From: Myxococcota bacterium
Lineage (GTDB): Bacteria > Myxococcota_A > Bradymonadia > UBA7976 > UBA1532
Length of the DNA: 32,821 bases
Direction of reading: 5' to 3'
NCBI GenBank assembly: GCA_036337435.1
Contig: JAYZEG010000015.1
Location: 1 to 32,821, forward strand
Position numbers and translations under genes: made by a program. The notes beneath the pieces were generated by a model that had not been told where the DNA came from, searched no databases, and saw nothing but the letters and a program-made list of their open reading frames with translations. Below are positions 1-9,193 of the stretch, piece by piece. Numbering within the stretch: the first letter of the stretch is position 1; the number at the start of each line of letters is the position of its first letter.

Positions 1-106
1 TAATGGTTAAGTTTTTCCCGATCAAGACGATGTCGATCGTAGGGGCGCAGGTGGAGTCGCTTTCCACTTTAGACCCCCGCGATCAAATTTAGGCGGTGTC
101 GAGTCT

Positions 107-1783
107 ATGTGCGGAATTCTCGCTTATCTTGGCAACGATGTAGATGAAACAGCCCTGGCGACCGAGTTCAATTCGGTTCAGCCTCGTGGCCCCGATTGTT
201 CAGTTCTCGCTGAAGTGGGCCAAAGCGCGTGGCTCGGTTTTCACCGATTGGCCATCATGGATCCCAGCCCAGCAGGTAATCAGCCCTTTTACCTGGGCCA
301 GTCAGCACTGGTGTGTAATGGCGAAATTTACAACCACAAAGCCCTCGCCGAGAAGTATGATTTTGAGCTCAAGACGGGGTCGGATTGTGAAGTGATCATT
401 CACATGTTTAACGCCTTCGGAATAGAACGCACCTGTTCGGAATTGGATGGTGTGTTTTCTTTCGTCATCTATGATGGAACTGGGCTTGTTGTCGCACGCG
501 ATCCCATCGGGATAAGACCACTCTTTGTTGGAACGAGGTTGGCTGACGACGGGTCAAAGGAGATATTTATATGCTCCGAAATGAAAGGAATTCATCGGCA
601 TTGCGATGAAATTGCGCCATTCAAGCCGGGTCATTATGCCCGAGTTGATGAGCGTAGTCGGCTCGTGTCTGAGTCGGCCTATTATACCTACGAGTATCCA
701 ACCGTTGAATGCCACGATGACGCGTCTGTTATGGCCAAACGGCGCCAAAAGCTGATCGATGCTGTGGACAAGCGCATGATGAGCGACCGGCCCATCGGCT
801 GCCTTGTATCCGGAGGCGTCGACTCCTCTTTGATCGCTGCTTTGGTTGCCCGGCATTATCCCAAGGGTACAATGCACACGTTCAACGTCGGCCTAGATAC
901 AGGCGCGAGCGACCGGGCATATGCACGAATGGTCGCCAACCATATTGGCAGCATTCATCACGAAGTGACCATCACCAAGACGGAAGCCCTTGAGCTGCTC
1001 AAAGAGACCGTACGTGTCTGTGAAAGCTTTGATACGACCACCATCAGGGCGTCGACGATGCAGCTGGCGATTGCCCGATATATCGAGCGCGAGACCGACA
1101 TTAAGGTCATCTTTAACGGCGATGTAATCGACGAAGCCAGCGGCTCTTACGTCTATTTTAAAAATGCGCCATCAAATGAAGCTTATCAAACCGAATCTAT
1201 CCGCCTGATGAAGGAGATCCATTTGTATGATGTCCTTCGCGCTGACCGCACCATCAGCGGGTGTGGACTGGAAGCGCGTGTGCCTTTCGCAGATAAGGCC
1301 TTCGTTCAATTCTATATGGGGATACCGCCTGAACTGCGGAAACCTAGAGATGGTGTCGAGAAGTATCTGCTGAGAAAAGCATTCGAAGGTTACTTGCCTA
1401 ACGCGGTTTTGTGGCGTCCGAAAGAAGCCTTCTCAGACGGCTGTTCGGAAGAATCTGAGAGTTGGTCGACCATCATCGCGGAGTTCATGGACTCGGCTGT
1501 TGGTGATGAAGAGTTGGCTAATGGGCACTTCGACCATTGTGCGCCACGAACAAAAGAAGAATTCTATTATCGGCGATATTTCGAGCAACATTACGGCGGA
1601 CGAGCGAAGGTGATTCCTGCATTTTGGATGCCGAAATGGTGTGGCGACGACATCATCGACCCTTCCGCACGGGTTCTAACGGATGTCTACAGAACGTCTG
1701 AGGCACCGACACAAGAAGACAATGGAGAGCAACTTGAAACCAAACCGCCGAAGGCTGGTCAACCATTGAAGGTCACAGGTTAA
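107..1783 (+). CDS. asnB: Asparagine synthetase B (glutamine-hydrolysing)
   Basis: N-terminal MCGI (Ntn nucleophile Cys), RGPD, GFHRLAI, CNGEIYNH, SDCEVI, ARDPIGIRPL; PP-loop SGGVDSS; LEARVPF, EKYLLRKAF, RPKEAFSDG, DPSAR. Confidence 0.95.
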   Translation: MCGILAYLGNDVDETALATEFNSVQPRGPDCSVLAEVGQSAWLGFHRLAIMDPSPAGNQPFYLGQSALVCNGEIYNHKALAEKYDFELKTGSDCEVIIHMFNAFGIERTCSELDGVFSFVIYDGTGLVVARDPIGIRPLFVGTRLADDGSKEIFICSEMKGIHRHCDEIAPFKPGHYARVDERSRLVSESAYYTYEYPTVECHDDASVMAKRRQKLIDAVDKRMMSDRPIGCLVSGGVDSSLIAALVARHYPKGTMHTFNVGLDTGASDRAYARMVANHIGSIHHEVTITKTEALELLKETVRVCESFDTTTIRASTMQLAIARYIERETDIKVIFNGDVIDEASGSYVYFKNAPSNEAYQTESIRLMKEIHLYDVLRADRTISGCGLEARVPFADKAFVQFYMGIPPELRKPRDGVEKYLLRKAFEGYLPNAVLWRPKEAFSDGCSEESESWSTIIAEFMDSAVGDEELANGHFDHCAPRTKEEFYYRRYFEQHYGGRAKVIPAFWMPKWCGDDIIDPSARVLTDVYRTSEAPTQEDNGEQLETKPPKAGQPLKVTG

Positions 1784-1950
1784 CAACACACTCCCCCCCC
1801 CCTCGCCCCTCGGACCAGACCGACATAGAGCGACGGCCATGGTGGCCTCGTTTGTGAAAAAGAATCTGACATCACACATCCTCTTTTGATCAAAATCATC
1901 GGACGCTTGTTTTTACGACCGATACGCCTTTATCCGAGCCTAACCAAAAA

Positions 1951-2002
1951 AGTGAACACCATTTACAAAAATAGTTGAAATAGTAAACACTGTTCACTAT
2001 TT
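1951..2002. promoter_or_regulatory. Putative TetR operator: 12-1-12 near-perfect palindrome plus a degenerate second copy
   Basis: AAATAGTAAACA-C-TGTTCACTATTT at 1978-2002 (one mismatch), 8 bp before the ATG at 2011. Related AGTGAACACCATTTACA at 1951-1967. Confidence 0.75.
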
Positions 2003-2010
2003 TGATAGAC

Positions 2011-2733
2011 ATGAGTGCAAACAGCCCCCAAAAAAAGACCGATATAAAGCGAGAGAAACGCCGCCAAATGATGCTCGATCTATCCCTCAAGATGATCGCT
2101 GAATCGGGATTAGATGCGTTTAGCCTGCATAAACTCGCTCAGAGACTTAAGCTGACTGTCGGTGCATTATATCGATACTTCCCGTCCAAAGGCGCATTGA
2201 TCGCAGCACTTGAAAATCAGGTTATCGATACAACCCGGCACCGACTTTTGAGAGCCATTAAACAGTTAAAAGAACACGAGGACACCCACAGTTCAGACGT
2301 CATTGCGCTGGGCGGTGTCTTGGCTGCGGCATACGCATACCGAGAGCAGCTCCATGATTCGCCGGAACAGATGAGACTCATCGGAGGTTTGATGAGCAAT
2401 CCTGAACCGATTATGAACGCAGAGCTTGCAACAGGTGTCATTGATAACATGATGTCTGCCCTTGAACCGGTCGCCAAATCCCTCGAGACATGCGAACTCA
2501 TTGGCCAACTCACTCCCGGTCCATCGAGAGATCGAGCGATCGTAACATGGGCCGCACTCCGCGGCGTCGCCGAAACAAAAAAACTCAGTGTCAGGCGTCC
2601 AGACCTTTTTGATGAAGGGACGCTATTCCACATTACGCTGACCGGATTGTTACTCGGTTGGGGTGCAGACCCTCAGGCCCTTGAGAAAGCAACAGAACTT
2701 ATTCGTGATCAATTAGGAGACGGACGGCTATGA
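2011..2733 (+). CDS. TetR/AcrR family transcriptional regulator
   Basis: N-terminal HTH 'GLDAFSLHKLAQRLKLTVGALYRYFPSKGALI'. ATG at 2011 preferred over TTG at 2002. Stop overlaps the next start (ATGA). Confidence 0.92.
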   Translation: MSANSPQKKTDIKREKRRQMMLDLSLKMIAESGLDAFSLHKLAQRLKLTVGALYRYFPSKGALIAALENQVIDTTRHRLLRAIKQLKEHEDTHSSDVIALGGVLAAAYAYREQLHDSPEQMRLIGGLMSNPEPIMNAELATGVIDNMMSALEPVAKSLETCELIGQLTPGPSRDRAIVTWAALRGVAETKKLSVRRPDLFDEGTLFHITLTGLLLGWGADPQALEKATELIRDQLGDGRL

Positions 2734-3329
2734 TTTCGTTTTTATTAGGATGTTTCGCTTGGACATTTATCGAATACGGCATGCACCATTGGAATGGCCA
2801 TCTGATGAAGGGGCGGACGCATTTTAGCCGCGAGCATCTGAAACATCATTCTAAACAGAACTATTTCTCTCCCGTCTGGAAAAAGATCCTGGTTGCTCTG
2901 TCAGTGGTCGGGACCATCGTCTTAGCTGGCCAGCCTCTCGTCGGAGCTGCCAATGCTTACGGATTCGCCATGGGGGTTGCCATGGGTTATGGCGTCTACG
3001 AATTCTTTCATTGGAGCTGCCATGCACAAGCCCCAACAAGTGCTTACGGGCGATGGATTCGACGTCAGCATTTCGCCCATCACTTTTCTGACCCGCGATA
3101 CAACCATGGAGTGACCAGTCCATTTTGGGACATCATATTTCGGACATACAAAAAACCAGGGCAGATTCGCGTCCCGCGAAAACGCGCAATGGTCTGGCTG
3201 ACCAACGAGGAAGGCGACTTAAAAACGGAATTTATGAAGGATTATCGACTCTCAGGCCGACGACCAGGCGGCCGTGTCGTTATCGATATGAAGGCAAGCC
3301 GGCTCAGAGCTGACCAGGCGCCCGCTTAG
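2730..3329 (+). CDS. Fatty acid hydroxylase / sterol desaturase family membrane di-iron enzyme
   Basis: His boxes EYGMHHWNGH, HLKHH, EFFHWSCH, HFAHH; NHGVTSPFWD motif; hydrophobic segments. Confidence 0.9.
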   Translation: MISFLLGCFAWTFIEYGMHHWNGHLMKGRTHFSREHLKHHSKQNYFSPVWKKILVALSVVGTIVLAGQPLVGAANAYGFAMGVAMGYGVYEFFHWSCHAQAPTSAYGRWIRRQHFAHHFSDPRYNHGVTSPFWDIIFRTYKKPGQIRVPRKRAMVWLTNEEGDLKTEFMKDYRLSGRRPGGRVVIDMKASRLRADQAPA

Positions 3330-3336
3330 CCTATCG

Positions 3337-4095
3337 TTAAATCTGGACTTTCAAGTATGCAGTGACCGAGTAATTGAAGCCACCGAGTTCAGAAATGTCG
3401 AGCTTCTTGGCGCCGAGCTCACTGCGGAGCTGATTGGATAGTTCTGGATTCATGGACACGCCACCCATGGAGTTTTCCAAATCATTGGCAATCGTGTTCT
3501 TCGCATCGGCTGCAGCGTCTGCACCTGTGAGCATGTAATGATACGCAGCCTGAGCCCCTAACCCTAGGTAGACCAAAGGCACAAGCTCGCGCTCAAACTC
3601 GACTTTAGTTCGCGCGAGGTTCCACCCTAAGGCATAGCGATTAAGCTCGTCTTCTTGGGTCTGGGCTTCGTTGTATTCGGTTTCGATACGCGTCGGGTCG
3701 ATGCCCGCTTGAGACAGCGAGTTGCTCAGCGTTCCAGAGAGAGCAAACGGGTCGCTCTCCTGTTTCGGACGCATGAAGAGGACGGGGCCTGTGTACAGGC
3801 CGAGGTTGAGGCGCCACTGCTTGCCGAACGTGCCGTCAAAGCCTAAATTAGCCGTGAAGTAATACTGCTCAGTGCCCATTTTTAGAGCTTCGCCCCAAAT
3901 GTCGACACCCAGCAATTCGACACCGGCTTCAGCCCCGTTGCCAATTGAGTTGTCGAAGTAGTCGAACGCATCACCACTTCCGTCGACAAGCCCTGTCTTG
4001 CCGGCGACGTAGATCGAGAACAGGTCGGCATGAGCCAGAGTCGGTAAAGCCAACCCAATGAGGAGGATGAATCGAACTGTAAGTGACTTCAACAT
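3337..4095 (-). CDS. Secreted hypothetical protein, possible outer-membrane beta-barrel
   Basis: Signal peptide ending AHA-D; alternating beta-strand-like segments (SIYVAGKTG, YYFTANLGFD, WRLNLGLYTG, YLGLGAQAAY, terminal YSVTAYLKVQI); GGAGA upstream of the start. Confidence 0.65.
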   Translation of the reverse strand: MLKSLTVRFILLIGLALPTLAHADLFSIYVAGKTGLVDGSGDAFDYFDNSIGNGAEAGVELLGVDIWGEALKMGTEQYYFTANLGFDGTFGKQWRLNLGLYTGPVLFMRPKQESDPFALSGTLSNSLSQAGIDPTRIETEYNEAQTQEDELNRYALGWNLARTKVEFERELVPLVYLGLGAQAAYHYMLTGADAAADAKNTIANDLENSMGGVSMNPELSNQLRSELGAKKLDISELGGFNYSVTAYLKVQI

Positions 4096-4285
4096 GGTCT
4101 ATGTCTCCGTAATCTGTGGACCGCCTTTGCAGCCATCGACAGTGAACAGGACGCCTCTGTTTTCCAGGTCTCACACATTATTTTGTGTTTTTTCCTGAAA
4201 TCACGACCATCGGCACTTGAGGCTGGAGTTGCCGGAATCAAGAAACGGCGCCAGAGTAACCTTGGTTGATGGCTGGTGGGGAACA

Positions 4286-6700
4286 GTGAGTAGAGACCTG
4301 AACTATCAAAGAGCATCGATCGCTTTTACGTTACTGCTGCTGAGTACGAGTTTGTTCTCAGCGGCCTGCTCGGATCCTGTGGGGAGTCCGGCTGAACCTA
4401 AGAAAGTCCCATTACAGCCAAAATCTGCCACCCTGGCTCGAAATCAGGGAACACACATTGGCCCATTAAAAGTACGGCAAATCAACGCACCAACTAAGCC
4501 GGCACGAGATGATTTTGTGGGTGCTGAAGCCTGCGGCGCGTGCCACGCTGAGCAAATGGCGCAATGGGCAAAATCAGCCCATGGAAAAGCAGGCTCTCAT
4601 CAACCGCTTTCGTCGGTGATCCCTAAATTCAGGGGTCAGACGCTTACCTTCAAAGATGGGCGCGTCACCCTAAAGACCGATCCGAAGTCATTACGGGTCG
4701 ATGTCAAAATCCAAGACCGGGGAGAAAAGAGCATCGCCATCAAGGCAACTGTTGGTCGTGGTTTGATGCACGGCGGGGGTGCCCAAAGCTTTTTCTATGC
4801 CGCCGATGATGGTCGGCTGCTTCTCTTACCTTTCGAATACAATGTGCAGACGAAAACTTGGTATTGTCAGCTGGAGTCAAATGGCATCTGGACGCCCGTG
4901 AGCGATGACGTATCTTTGCGAGATTGTGGCTGGCCTGGAACGCGAATGTTGGGCAGCGGGCCGGGCGAAGGATGCCAGAACTGTCACGGCAGCCAAATCA
5001 CTGTTGACTACCGAAGAGACCGACTCGGCTACCAAACGCGATTTACCTCATTGAGTATCAATTGCGAATCGTGCCACGGCCCCGGACGACGGCATGTCAA
5101 CCTCATGACCGAGGCGAATGGCAGCCTCGAAGACATTGGCTATGAACCACTCTCTCTCATGACCAAACGGGAAAGCGTCATGGTCTGTATGGCCTGTCAT
5201 GCAAACAAGTCGAATATCAAGGAAGGATATCTCTCGGGTCAATCCGTCGATGATCATTTTGCTCATTTACTCATGCGCCATCCCGTTGGCAGGAAGACGA
5301 ATTTTGATGGGCGCGTCATCGGGTTTGGATACCAGCAAGGCCACCTCTACAGCCCCTGTTACACCGATGGGTCCATGACCTGCGTCGATTGCCACGGCCC
5401 TCATGGACTTAAATATCGAGACATCTACGGGCGCCCGATTGCGGATCGCTGGTCAGACAAACAATGTGTTGACTGCCATCCATCAAAACTGTCGAGAAAC
5501 CACCAAGGTCATCACGCTGACAACCCGCTGAAATGCACAGCATGCCATATGCCGATGAACCAACTGACTCCGGTCGGCCCACATGTTCCTCACGCTCGCT
5601 CAGACCACTCGATCTCGATCCCGAGACCAGCCCATGACGCCAATAGTGGTATCAAGTCAGCATGTGCAAAATGCCATTCAGACCAATCGAATAGACAATT
5701 AGAGCAGCACGTGAAGGGTGCATATGGAGGGACGAAACCTCATCGGGCACTGACAAAACTGCTGTTCGAGTATAGCCGAGTGTTGCCAGACAATCTCATT
5801 GTCACGGGACAAAAAAAATGGATTGCCGCGCTTGAGGGCCAGGCGTCTGAGCTTAATGAAGACAGTCCTATCGTGGCGGTTCATCTACTGACCTACCTCA
5901 CTGGCGAACTACTCAAACAAAATCGAAAGAAACTTAGACCCGACATCATCGATGCACTATGGCGTAGTGCAAAAAATCAAGAACTCGATGTCGTGGCGGC
6001 CGCACTGACAACGCTGATTACGTTTACAGGCGATGATGAAAAGTCACGCCAAAAGCTTGAAAAAACACTCGATCAGCATCCATTTCGGTACGCCGTTCGA
6101 AACCGCGTGATGCACAACCTTATCCATCTCGAACAGACTTTCGGGGAGATTAACCCAAGCATCCGAAAGCGTTTACGGAGACAGCTTACTGTCGATGGAA
6201 TCCCCGTAGCAACCGAGCGGCAGACCATTCAAATCGCCATCGCGAGCTCCTGGCTCAAAGAGAAGGCCTACGACAAAGCACTCGAATTTTTTCGAAACGC
6301 GCTTGACGCCCCGATCTTCAAGCTGAACGAATATCCTGTTGGGTCCCTCGGTGGACAACATGATATCGCAGCCTTAGTCGGAGCGACGCTGGGATCGATG
6401 GGCCAATTTGAAGACGCAGCAGTGGCTCTCGAGAAGGCCGTCGCAGACTATCCGTATGATGGGCACACCCACGCCCGATTATGCCAACTCTATGAACGGA
6501 AAAAAGACTGGAGACGATTTTCCGATTGTTTGAAGTCATGGAACGAGTTTCACCCTGACTTTATCCCGGTTTACGTGCGACGAATCGAACTTCTCATTCG
6601 GCTTGGGCGGCACGGAGAAGCACGCAACGTCTTACAGAGCGGTTTGGCCATTGCACCCATGTCTCCAACACTGATCGCACTCAAATCAAGGCTACCCTAA
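4286..6700 (+). CDS. Octaheme c-type cytochrome lipoprotein with C-terminal helical/TPR repeats
   Basis: Eight CxxCH motifs (CGACH, CQNCH, CESCH, CMACH, CVDCH, CVDCH, CTACH, CAKCH); lipobox-like LFSAAC; TPR-like C-terminus. Start uncertain: frame open from 4217, GTG at 4286 preferred. Confidence 0.88.
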   Translation: MSRDLNYQRASIAFTLLLLSTSLFSAACSDPVGSPAEPKKVPLQPKSATLARNQGTHIGPLKVRQINAPTKPARDDFVGAEACGACHAEQMAQWAKSAHGKAGSHQPLSSVIPKFRGQTLTFKDGRVTLKTDPKSLRVDVKIQDRGEKSIAIKATVGRGLMHGGGAQSFFYAADDGRLLLLPFEYNVQTKTWYCQLESNGIWTPVSDDVSLRDCGWPGTRMLGSGPGEGCQNCHGSQITVDYRRDRLGYQTRFTSLSINCESCHGPGRRHVNLMTEANGSLEDIGYEPLSLMTKRESVMVCMACHANKSNIKEGYLSGQSVDDHFAHLLMRHPVGRKTNFDGRVIGFGYQQGHLYSPCYTDGSMTCVDCHGPHGLKYRDIYGRPIADRWSDKQCVDCHPSKLSRNHQGHHADNPLKCTACHMPMNQLTPVGPHVPHARSDHSISIPRPAHDANSGIKSACAKCHSDQSNRQLEQHVKGAYGGTKPHRALTKLLFEYSRVLPDNLIVTGQKKWIAALEGQASELNEDSPIVAVHLLTYLTGELLKQNRKKLRPDIIDALWRSAKNQELDVVAAALTTLITFTGDDEKSRQKLEKTLDQHPFRYAVRNRVMHNLIHLEQTFGEINPSIRKRLRRQLTVDGIPVATERQTIQIAIASSWLKEKAYDKALEFFRNALDAPIFKLNEYPVGSLGGQHDIAALVGATLGSMGQFEDAAVALEKAVADYPYDGHTHARLCQLYERKKDWRRFSDCLKSWNEFHPDFIPVYVRRIELLIRLGRHGEARNVLQSGLAIAPMSPTLIALKSRLP

Positions 6701-6927
6701 TCGATTGAACCCCAAATCCTTGAGGGCAATTTGGGGATTAAGTGAGTTCAGCTCGCGCCTTCGGACTCGGCCCAGCAGATGCTCTCATCAGCTGGGCGAC
6801 GGGGTGTCTATGTCGTCACCGGACAGAATGTTAATTTCTTGACCACTTTGGTGAACGAGTACACACTTTGACACGGGACGAACTTGTGGTCAGGCCTTGA
6901 CCCCATATAACCCAGCGCGGGGGAACA

Positions 6928-7404
6928 TTGAAAAAGCTTACTTTATGGGCGTTTATGCTCGCCTTGACTTGGTGGCTCTGGTCGGCGCATACGGAAACGC
7001 TGATCATCATTTTTGGGGTTTCCAGTATCCTACTGACCCTTTTTCTATTCAATCGTATGGACAAAGAAAGTGGAGACTCGTACCCGTACAAGCTGGGTAT
7101 ACGGCCACTTTTCTACCTTCCATATCTGGTCATCGAGATCATTAAGGCGAACCTGGATGTCGCCAAGATTATACTCAGCCCAAAGATGAACATCAGCCCG
7201 AAGATGTTCCGAGCCAAAGCCTCGCAAAAAAGTATTGTCGGACAAGTCGTTTATGCGAATTCGATTACACTGACGCCGGGAACCATCACACTCGACGTCC
7301 GCGATGGTGAATTGCTTATCCATGCACTCACGGAGAACGCCGCTGACGGTGTCCTGTCAGGCGACATGGACCGCAAAGTCACGAAATTGGAGGGCAAGAG
7401 CTGA
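6928..7404 (+). CDS. mrpE: Mrp Na+/H+ antiporter subunit E
   Basis: EIIKANLDVAKIIL and ANSITLTPGTITLD...LLIHAL signatures; TTG start. Confidence 0.93.
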   Translation: MKKLTLWAFMLALTWWLWSAHTETLIIIFGVSSILLTLFLFNRMDKESGDSYPYKLGIRPLFYLPYLVIEIIKANLDVAKIILSPKMNISPKMFRAKASQKSIVGQVVYANSITLTPGTITLDVRDGELLIHALTENAADGVLSGDMDRKVTKLEGKS

Positions 7405-7682
7405 TGTTTGCCATTTGTATGCTCGCTGTCCTAATCACAATGCTGATGGCGCTCGCGAGAGCCGCTCTTGGGCCGACGGTGTATGACCGAATATTGGCTC
7501 TCAACATGTTCGGAACAAAAACCATCCTCTTAATCGCTGTTGCGGGTTTTCTGAATGGACGACCAGATTGGTTAGACATCGCTCTCGTCTACGGTCTCGT
7601 CAATTTCACCGGGACCATCGCCGTATGTAAGTACGTTCGATTCGGCAACCTCGCCGCCGATGAATCGAGACCATCAAAATGA
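7404..7682 (+). CDS. mrpF: Mrp antiporter subunit F
   Basis: GPTVYDRILALN, DIALVYGLVNF; three hydrophobic helices; coupled to mrpE. Confidence 0.92.
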   Translation: MFAICMLAVLITMLMALARAALGPTVYDRILALNMFGTKTILLIAVAGFLNGRPDWLDIALVYGLVNFTGTIAVCKYVRFGNLAADESRPSK

Positions 7683-8050
7683 GTACTGCATACGAAATCT
7701 TTGATTACCTGAGCTGGTTTGGCCTAGTGGGTGGCGGTCTGTTCTGTATCATCGGGGGAATTGGCCTCCTCCGCTTGCCTGACTTTTATTGTCGTACCCA
7801 CGGGGCCACCATTACAGATACCTTGGGTGCTGGGTTGATCTTATTCGGCCTTTTTTTCCAAGCCCTGAAACTGATGTTCGATACGCAAGGGAACTGGGTT
7901 CCGGATGGCTGGATTGTCGCGGTCAAAATCGTGTTTTTAGGCCTGTTAATTTTGTTGACCAGTCCAACGTCAGGCCACGCCTTGGTCAAGGCAGCACACG
8001 CAGATGGGACGAGTTGGCAAGAGGGGGATAGCGATGCCCTTTCCGACTGA
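7679..8050 (+). CDS. mrpG: Mrp antiporter subunit G
   Basis: IGLLRLPDFYCRTHGATITDTLG and TSPTSGHALVKAA signatures. Confidence 0.93.
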   Translation: MSTAYEIFDYLSWFGLVGGGLFCIIGGIGLLRLPDFYCRTHGATITDTLGAGLILFGLFFQALKLMFDTQGNWVPDGWIVAVKIVFLGLLILLTSPTSGHALVKAAHADGTSWQEGDSDALSD

Positions 8051-8762
8051 AGTTTTTCTATTCCTGGTTTTGATCGCGACGGGCTTCATGGTGGCACGAG
8101 CGACCAATCTATTTGCCGCAGCGATGCTAACAGGTGTGTTCAGCCTCACATCAGCCTGTTTATTCACGGTGATGGACGCCGTCGATGTCGCCTTTACGGA
8201 AGCGGCCGTGGGCGGAGGTTTCTCAACGGTTTTATTCTTGGGGGCATTGGCGCTCACCAGCCGAACGGAGAAAAAGCAGCCAGCGAAATTATACCCTTTC
8301 ATCATCGTGTTGCTGACTGGAATCGCCCTCATCATCGGGATGATTAACTTGAAGCCATACGGCGACCAGAACGCACCTATTCACAGCCATGTAACCGCAA
8401 AAATTAAGCAGAAAGAATGGGCTGCCGTTAAGCGGTCAACACGACCAGAATCAAAGAAATCCACAGACACCCCCCAGGACAAAGCGGTCGGACTGCCGAA
8501 TATCGTCACGTCAATACTGGGCAGTTACCGGGGCTACGACACCCTGGGTGAAACGGGCGTGATTTTCACCGCTGGTGTGGGCGTTATGCTCTTGCTGATG
8601 GGCAGACGTCGTGAAGATGACGGAGCCAGCGATAGCGGCTCAACTGCAATGCCAAGTAACCGGCAAGAACCAGCCCTCGATGAGCAAGAATCAAACCCGA
8701 GTGGTGTTGAACCAGAGCCTTCGGCGTCTGGCGAACAGACCGGTGAGGAGCCTATCTCATGA
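8034..8762 (+). CDS. Mrp subunit with DUF4040 / MrpB-related domain (equivalent to the C-terminal part of MrpA)
   Basis: MDAVDVAFTEAAVGGG (DUF4040-type) and PNIVTSILGSYRGYDTLGE motifs; ATG at 8034 after GAGGGG. Confidence 0.88.
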   Translation: MPFPTEVFLFLVLIATGFMVARATNLFAAAMLTGVFSLTSACLFTVMDAVDVAFTEAAVGGGFSTVLFLGALALTSRTEKKQPAKLYPFIIVLLTGIALIIGMINLKPYGDQNAPIHSHVTAKIKQKEWAAVKRSTRPESKKSTDTPQDKAVGLPNIVTSILGSYRGYDTLGETGVIFTAGVGVMLLLMGRRREDDGASDSGSTAMPSNRQEPALDEQESNPSGVEPEPSASGEQTGEEPIS

Positions 8763-9193
8763 AAAGTCACATGCGGATGCGAGAAATTGTCGTCCTGCGG
8801 GTCGTGAGCCGTGTGCTTATGCCCTATATCCTGCTGTTCGGCCTGTATGTACAATTCCATGGAGATTTCGGACCTGGCGGTGGATTTCAGGCGGGTGTCA
8901 TCTTTTCAGCAGCGTTGATTCTCTATGGCATCATCTTCGGATTAGATGCTGTACAGCGGGTGTTCACACCTTTCGCGGTTGAGATCTGTATGGCTTTGGG
9001 CCTGCTTTTATACGCAGGGACAGGTCTGGTGAGCTTTTCCAAAAACATGAATTATTTAGATTATGACGTATTCGGCTCGCATGGACAGCATTACGGCATC
9101 TTGCTCATAGAAGGCGGCGTGGGCATCACAGTCGCGTCGACTGTCTTGATGATTTTCTATGCTTTCGCCGGCCGATGGAGGGTGTCCCAGTGA
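8759..9193 (+). CDS. mrpB: Mrp antiporter subunit B
   Basis: HGDFGPGGGFQAGVI and IEGGVGITV MnhB signatures. Confidence 0.92.
   Translation: MKSHMRMREIVVLRVVSRVLMPYILLFGLYVQFHGDFGPGGGFQAGVIFSAALILYGIIFGLDAVQRVFTPFAVEICMALGLLLYAGTGLVSFSKNMNYLDYDVFGSHGQHYGILLIEGGVGITVASTVLMIFYAFAGRWRVSQ

Noticed and set aside
1793..1802. C10 homopolymer as a phase-variation tract
   Set aside because: Lies just after the asnB stop, about 200 bp from the next start, and not in an evident promoter or CDS.
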